From positions 154,903 through 218,902 of IMG/VR virus record IMGVR_UViG_3300042891_000711: 64,000 nt of DNA; one strand, given 5' to 3'. The position numbers and the translations under genes were made by a program. Shown in pieces: positions 58,058-64,000 of the stretch. Position 1 is the stretch's first letter; the number at the start of each line of letters is the position of its first letter. Below the pieces are notes generated by a model. It did no database searches. It was not told where the DNA came from and worked only from the letters and a program-made list of their open reading frames with translations.

Positions 58058-60684
58058 ATGAAAAAGAATTAGACCAGAAGATCGAGGCCCTAGCCAATGC
58101 TTCAGCAAAAGCACGGGATGACATGGTGTTTTTGGCTGAAGCAATCAATAAAATGGGATTGCGCGGAGTTGATGCTAAGAAAAAACTAATAGAAATGGCT
58201 GTTGGTGTAGACAAAGTTACAGTCGCAATGAAAAAGTCTGCGGTTGATATTAAACAATCCATGGAAGCTCTTAAAAAGAGCATTAACAAAGGCGAAGTAA
58301 GCTCTGAAGAGCTCACAGAGCAATTAACTACTCTCAGAGATCAAATTAACAAAACATCTGATCAAGGTAAAAAGCAAGCTCTGCTTGATGCTAAAGCTGA
58401 TCTTGAGGCAATGAATGCTCGTAATCAAGCAAACGCCGCATTAAAAGACAGTTTGTGGAATATGGCGGGTGTTCTAACTGTTGGAGCTGCTAATGCATTT
58501 AAAGGTGCAACTACTAAAGCATTGTCTGGAGCAGATGCATTTGACATAGCTGGTTCAATGATGACTGCTGGTGTTGATCTTGTTAATACTGCCAATCAAG
58601 GTGGAGCAAACGCTTTAAAATCATTCGGAGCTGCTACGGCTGGAGCAGGCGGAAAAATGGGATGGGCCGGCGCCGCAGCAAGTGTACTAGGTGAAGGGTT
58701 AAGTGCCGCAAGTGTTGGGTTAAGTGAATTAGCTAAAGCAGGCATTGGATTTATGCTTGCACAAACCAAGCAATTAATTGCAGGGTTTCAAACATTGTCT
58801 TCTGTGGGTGCTGTGTATAATGGCGGTATGATGGCCATGGTTAACACTAGTCTTCGTGCTGGTATGACTATGGAACAATTTAGTAAATCTGTATCAGCTA
58901 ATAGCGATAATTTAGCTAGAACCGGACTAGGTGTGGCAGAAGCAAGTAAACGTATGGCCGGTGCAATGGACGGAACTTCAAAAGCCGGTATTGCTGCTCG
59001 TAAAGGTATGTTTGCTTTAGGTATGGGCATGGAAGAGCAAGTTGATGCATTTGCTAATACTATGGCACGTATGGCTGGGCCATTAGGGCAATTACGTGCT
59101 AGCGATAAAGAAGTAGCACAAGCAACGCAAGAATATGCTAAGAATTTAAAAATGGTATCTGCAATCACCGGTGAAGATGCCAAAGCCAAACAAGAAAAAA
59201 TTCGCCAAGAACAAGATAATCTATGGATGGATGGTCAACTTGCTAGTATGAGCACAGAACAACGAGAATCGTGGAATGCTATGATGCTTTCGTTGAACGA
59301 AGATGATAGAAGAGCAGTAATTGAAAGAAAAAAATACGGCAGTGTTATTAGTAAAGATCTTGCAGGTGGTGAAGCGTTGGTTCCTGCTATAGCAAAAATG
59401 CGAGATCGAGCACTTCATATGGCTCTAGATGCACATAGTACAACTGCAGACGGTTATAGAATGCAAGGAGAATTTGCTAAAGAAACTCAAAGACAGGGGC
59501 TAGAACATGCCAATACACTAGGTATAGCTACAAGCGAAACTGCTATAGCTATGTCGAGTAGCATACATAAATCAATTAAATCTGCAGCTGCAACTTCAGA
59601 AGGTGCAGAAAAACTTGCTGCTGCTGCAATCGAAAGACAAAACAAAGCCGGCAAGGCAGGAACAGATGTCGGAGCAAATAATTTAGAAATGCTTCAGAGT
59701 AATATGATTGACATGCAAAAGCTCGCAGTTGATAATATGGATCAATTTCAAAAAGCATTAAAAATGTCATACGATGCTGCTATGTGGGCAGTTCGAGGAT
59801 TGGGCAGTTTAGGTACAGCGGCTGCCAATAATCCAATTAAAACTGGATTGTTGGCTATATTACCGGCAATAGTCGGTACAATTGGCCCATTGTTATTAAC
59901 AAAAATGTTTGGTGGTAAATTTGGTGTACTAGGAGCATCAGCAGCAAATCCGATGCATGTTACCGGCGGTGGCTTTGGTGGACCAGGCGCAGGTGGCGGT
60001 GTAGATAAAAATGGACGATACAGAGACTCAAAAGGTAGATTTGCCAAAGCCCCTACTGCAATGTCTACTCTTAAAAGTGCCGGTGCATTGGGAAAAATTG
60101 CCGGTGTTACAGGTGCTATAGTTGGAACTGCAATGGCAGTAGGCGATATCTATGATACAGAAAATGATAAAACATTAACTAAAGGTCAAAAACGCGAAAA
60201 AGAAGGAAGTATAGTTGGTAGTGCCGCCGGCGGCGCCGCCGGCGCTTGGGCTGGCGCAACTGCCGGCGCAGCTATGGGGGCATTTGGCGGCCCACTCGGT
60301 ATAGCCGTTGGCGGACTAATAGGCGGAGCATTAGGATATTGGGGTGGTAGTGAAGGCGGAGAGAAATTAGGCAAAGCCATAATGAAAGACGAGTCTGCTA
60401 CTAGCAAAGTTGCAGCAGCAACTTCAGTAGCCGTTAGTGGGGCAACTACTCAAACAACTACTCCAAAACCAGTAACTAGCTCATCACAAAACTTAGCAGC
60501 TGAACAAATTAAATTGTACGGTGCTGTTGTTGATCCCGAAGCAGCTAAAAAAGCAGCAACAGAAAAACCAGTAGCCAGTGCAAATCCAGCAGAGCAACAA
60601 CAAATCAATCTATTACAAAGCATTTTAACTACTATGCAAAAGAACAACCAGATAACGTCAGGAATTTTACAGAACAGCTATTAA
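58054..60684 (+). CDS. Tape-measure-like protein
   Basis: Long Ala/Gly-rich helical protein with a hydrophobic segment, an RYRDSKGRF motif and a C-terminal glycine zipper; divergent from the baseplate hub gene. Confidence 0.6.
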   Translation: MDEKELDQKIEALANASAKARDDMVFLAEAINKMGLRGVDAKKKLIEMAVGVDKVTVAMKKSAVDIKQSMEALKKSINKGEVSSEELTEQLTTLRDQINKTSDQGKKQALLDAKADLEAMNARNQANAALKDSLWNMAGVLTVGAANAFKGATTKALSGADAFDIAGSMMTAGVDLVNTANQGGANALKSFGAATAGAGGKMGWAGAAASVLGEGLSAASVGLSELAKAGIGFMLAQTKQLIAGFQTLSSVGAVYNGGMMAMVNTSLRAGMTMEQFSKSVSANSDNLARTGLGVAEASKRMAGAMDGTSKAGIAARKGMFALGMGMEEQVDAFANTMARMAGPLGQLRASDKEVAQATQEYAKNLKMVSAITGEDAKAKQEKIRQEQDNLWMDGQLASMSTEQRESWNAMMLSLNEDDRRAVIERKKYGSVISKDLAGGEALVPAIAKMRDRALHMALDAHSTTADGYRMQGEFAKETQRQGLEHANTLGIATSETAIAMSSSIHKSIKSAAATSEGAEKLAAAAIERQNKAGKAGTDVGANNLEMLQSNMIDMQKLAVDNMDQFQKALKMSYDAAMWAVRGLGSLGTAAANNPIKTGLLAILPAIVGTIGPLLLTKMFGGKFGVLGASAANPMHVTGGGFGGPGAGGGVDKNGRYRDSKGRFAKAPTAMSTLKSAGALGKIAGVTGAIVGTAMAVGDIYDTENDKTLTKGQKREKEGSIVGSAAGGAAGAWAGATAGAAMGAFGGPLGIAVGGLIGGALGYWGGSEGGEKLGKAIMKDESATSKVAAATSVAVSGATTQTTTPKPVTSSSQNLAAEQIKLYGAVVDPEAAKKAATEKPVASANPAEQQQINLLQSILTTMQKNNQITSGILQNSY

Positions 60685-60686
60685 GC

Positions 60687-60694
60687 TATAAATA
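60687..60694 (+). promoter_or_regulatory. T4 late promoter TATAAATA for the portal gene
   Basis: Exact consensus 25 nt upstream of the portal ATG. Confidence 0.8.
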
Positions 60695-60719
60695 CACTAT
60701 CGTAAAGAGAATATAACTA

Positions 60720-62434
60720 TGTCATGGAAAAAACATTTCCGAACTGCAAACACTGGTGGACAACTAAGTCCAATTAGTGGTATTAACAATTCAGCAGATC
60801 CGAGCTATCGTAACTATCAAAGCCAATTACCTGAGGTATATATCGGCCATCCAAATCGTACTGAACGTTATAATCAATATGAGCAGATGGATATGGACAG
60901 TGAAGTTAATGCTGCACTTGATATTATTGCAGAATTCTGCACACAACCAAATACAGAAAATGGCACAGGCTTTGATTTATTCTTTAAAGAAGATCCAACA
61001 GATAACGAAGTTAAATTACTTAAAGATCAACTGCTACAGTGGGTTAATCTAAATCAATTAAACAAACGTCTATTCAAACTTGTACGTAATACATTAAAAT
61101 ACGGTGATCAAGTATTCCTACGTGATCCAGAAACATTCAAATTATACTGGACAGAAATGGGCAGTGTAATCAAAGTTATTGTTAATGAAGCAGAAGGCAA
61201 AGAGCCCGAGCAATACGTAATTAAAAACCTTAATCTTAACTTTCAAAACTTAACTGCTACTGCATTAAGTTCGAGCGATACCTACACAAATCACCCGCAA
61301 CAAGGCGGTAGTGGTGGCGCAGGTTCCTATGTACAACCTAACGTACCTTACAGTGGCGGTTCACGTTTTAGTCATGCTCAAAACGAAGCAGTATTAGATG
61401 CAGAACATGTAGTGCATATCAGTCTGACAGAAGGTCTAGATGTAAACTGGCCATTTGGTACTAGTATTCTTGAAAGCATATTTAAAATCTTTAAACAAAA
61501 AGAATTGTTAGAAGACGCTATTATTATCTATCGTGTGCAACGTGCACCGGAACGTCGTGTATTTAAAATTGACGTAGGTAACATGCCTACACACATGGCT
61601 ATGGCCTTTGTGGATCGCATTAAAAATGAAGTACATCAACGTCGTATTCCAACACAAACTGGTGGTGGACAAAATATGATGGATGCTACATACAATCCAT
61701 TAAGCACAAACGAAGACTTTTTCTTCCCAGTAGGCGCAGAAGGCCGTGGATCGAGCGTTGAAGCATTGCCAGGCGGTAGTAACCTGGGTGAAATTACAGA
61801 CTTACGTTTCTTTACTAATAAAATGTTCCGAGGTTTACGTATTCCTAGTAGCTACTTGCCTACAGGCAGTGATGATAGTTCATCTACATTTAATGATGGC
61901 AAGTCAACTACTGCATTAATTCAAGAATGGCGCTTTAATCAATACTGTATGCGTTTACAAACTATGATAGTTGAAAAACTAGACAATGAGTTTAAAATGT
62001 TCATGCGTTGGAGAGGTATTAACATTGATGGTCAGCTATTTGAACTACGCTTAAACGAACCACAAAACTTTGCCAAATATCGTCAAGCAGAAGTAGATGC
62101 GGCACGTATACAAGCATTTACATCATTAGAACAAACACCATACCTAAGTAAACGTTTCTTATTAGAGCGTTACTTAGATCTAAGTGAAGAAGAAATGCAA
62201 CGCAATGATGAATTATGGGCAGAAGAGCATAATGATACTCCGAATCCTGGAGATACTGATGTTGGATTACGTGCAATTAACGTTACACCAGCGGGGATTG
62301 AAAGCGATATGAGTAATTTAGAAATGCCCAACTTAACCGCAGAACCAGCACCTGGAGTAGAACCGGGTGCATTACCTGCAACGGGTGCTGCACCAGCAGT
62401 ACCAGAAACGCCTGCTGCACCTCCTGGTTTATAA
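60720..62434 (+). CDS. gp20: Portal protein (T4 gp20-like)
   Basis: EVNAALDIIAE, LEDAIIIYRVQRAPERRVFKIDVGNMP, EDFFFP, LPGG.NLGEI.D and L.IP.SYL. The ORF track gives 60719..62434. Confidence 0.95.
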
Positions 62435-62454
62435 TATTTTAGGTAAATAATATT

Positions 62455-62679
62455 ATGAATCTACTTGAAATATTTAATTCTGAATTAGTGCAACAGCACC
62501 AAACTGAAAAGGACGATAACACTCCTTTAAAGTTGTCTGATCTGCGCAAAACTAAATTAACATTAACTCAATTACATCGTTTGCGCATTATGAATGATGT
62601 ACGTAGGTTAGAAAAAGAGCAAGACTTGGAACGAGTAAGAACACAGTACAAACCAGCAGAAGTTGCTCCACCGATGTAG
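62455..62679 (+). CDS. Small head-module protein
   Basis: DLRKTKLTL.QL.RLR; GGTAAATA late promoter 5 nt upstream. Confidence 0.65.
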   Translation: MNLLEIFNSELVQQHQTEKDDNTPLKLSDLRKTKLTLTQLHRLRIMNDVRRLEKEQDLERVRTQYKPAEVAPPM

Positions 62680-62806
62680 TTATCAACTAGAATCAATCAA
62701 AAAACACGCATTTAACTTCAATTTTTCAATAAACCAGTAAATAATATTACAGAGATATTACGTAACGTAAATCTCACCTAGACAGACACAATTTAAGGAG
62801 TTCTTT

Positions 62807-63589
62807 ATGAACAAGTATGAACAGTTAATAGAACACATCATTAATGATGAAACTGATAAGGCTCGCGAATTATTCCACAACATCGTTGTTGAAAAATCAC
62901 GTGACATTTATGAAAGCCTAATCGACGAAACAGATTTAGACGAAGTTGGCGGAAATAAAGTACAAGGCTACATGGATGAAGTTACTATCGATGAACAAGG
63001 TCTTAGCGAAGAAGAGGAAGAAGCCGGCGAATTTGAAATGGACAGCGAAGAAGGCGAAATGGAAAATGATTTCGACAACTCAGGTGATTTAGATTCACAC
63101 GAAGAAGAGCACGGCGATGTTGAAACACGTGTTGATGATTTAGAGTCTGCATTAGACGAACTTAAAGCTGAATTTGATGCGTTAATGGCCGGCGAAGAAG
63201 GCGAAGAAGAACACGCTGACATGTTTGGTGGCGACGAAATGGGTACTGACGAAGTTGCTCAAGAAGAAATGTACGAAGCTGAAGAATGTGATACAGAAGA
63301 AGATGACGAAGAAGAAGTTGAAGAATCTATTGTACGTGAATACGTAGAAAAAGTAGCTGCTCCGTCAAATACTGAAGGTGCTGATAACAAGCAATCTACA
63401 GTAGCTAAGAAAAATGACATGGGCGGTTCATCTGCTAATATCGTACGCGGTGGTACAGAAAACGGCGGCACAGTTAAAAAACCAGCAGTAAATAACATGG
63501 GTAATATTAATGTTCCTGGTGGTAAAGCTGGTAATGCATTTGCTAAGAAAGAAAAAGTAGCAACTACAGAGTCACGTAAAAGCAAATAA
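62807..63589 (+). CDS. Acidic prohead core/scaffold-like protein
   Basis: Very Glu/Asp-rich with a coiled-coil segment; lies between portal and protease; AAGGAG SD. Confidence 0.65.
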   Translation: MNKYEQLIEHIINDETDKARELFHNIVVEKSRDIYESLIDETDLDEVGGNKVQGYMDEVTIDEQGLSEEEEEAGEFEMDSEEGEMENDFDNSGDLDSHEEEHGDVETRVDDLESALDELKAEFDALMAGEEGEEEHADMFGGDEMGTDEVAQEEMYEAEECDTEEDDEEEVEESIVREYVEKVAAPSNTEGADNKQSTVAKKNDMGGSSANIVRGGTENGGTVKKPAVNNMGNINVPGGKAGNAFAKKEKVATTESRKSK

Positions 63590-63603
63590 TTTAGGATAAG
63601 AAA

Positions 63604-64000
63604 ATGGCTTCATACTTAAAAGAAAACTTAACCTTTGACAATGCTAGAATGGAAATTCTAACAGAAGATAGTCATGATGGTAAAGGTAAGAATCTTTATA
63701 TGAAAGGCATATTCATTCAAGGTGGCGTTAAAAACCATAACGAACGAGTGTATCCAGTAAATGAAATTAGCAATGCCGTAACAAACATCAATGAACAAAT
63801 CAAGGGTGGCTACAGCGTTTTAGGCGAAGTAGATCACCCAGATGATTTGAAAATTAATTTGGACCGTGTGTCACACATGATTACAGATATGTGGATGGAC
63901 GGTCCTAACGGCTTTGGTAAATTAAAGGTTCTCCCTACTCCAATGGGTAAGTTAGTAGAAACAATGTTGGAAAGTGGAGTTAAACTTGGTGTTAGTTCTA
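63604..64000 (+). CDS. gp21: Prohead protease (T4 gp21-like), truncated at the window end
   Basis: Manual translation: MASYLKE...LYMKGIFIQGGVKNHNERVYP...LGEVDHP...INLDRVSH...TPMG...GVKLGVSS. Confidence 0.92.
   Translation, partial: MASYLKENLTFDNARMEILTEDSHDGKGKNLYMKGIFIQGGVKNHNERVYPVNEISNAVTNINEQIKGGYSVLGEVDHPDDLKINLDRVSHMITDMWMDGPNGFGKLKVLPTPMGKLVETMLESGVKLGVSS

Noticed and set aside
26222-63585. Many 60-160-aa antisense or off-frame ORFs inside long genes (e.g. 28877..29368, 53526..53945, 58788..59189, 63259..63585)
   Set aside because: They are fully nested in well-supported genes, with no motifs or expression signals; they are expected shadow ORFs.
1-64000. Stop-codon recoding or inteins
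   Set aside because: Core genes are full length under the standard code, TAG/TGA/TAA all act as stops, and gp46 and portal are of normal size.

Overview
This is a 64-kb segment of a large T4-like myovirus genome in the standard genetic code, AT-rich, with no tRNA, CRISPR array, intein or integrase seen. The core genes encode a baseplate/tail module (gp25-, gp6-, gp5-, gp53- and gp26-like proteins, a 4370-aa giant wedge protein, several tail fibres and a tape-measure candidate), the late sigma factor gp55, gp47/gp46, portal gp20, an acidic prohead core protein and the start of prohead protease gp21. Two things stand out. (1) An ~18-kb biosynthetic-type tailoring cluster lies immediately downstream of the tail-fibre genes. 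It holds 3-4 glycosyltransferase-like proteins, four N-terminal-twitch radical SAM genes (five rSAM domains), three SGNH proteins, a NodU-type carbamoyltransferase, an unannotated 33-aa PFIY peptide, a sulfotransferase-like protein and an APS kinase. It has its own sigma70 promoter, is insulated by a terminator, and has a satellite (sulfotransferase-like, SDR, rSAM) around gp47/gp46. It plausibly builds and decorates a glycan on the virion or on phage DNA. (2) An ~560-nt ORF-free region after a GIY-YIG gene has a consensus sigma70 promoter, many hairpins and two long loop-to-distal pairings, suggesting a large ornate ncRNA or a primer-RNA origin. All family calls come from motif recognition by eye; no database searches or folding programs were run.
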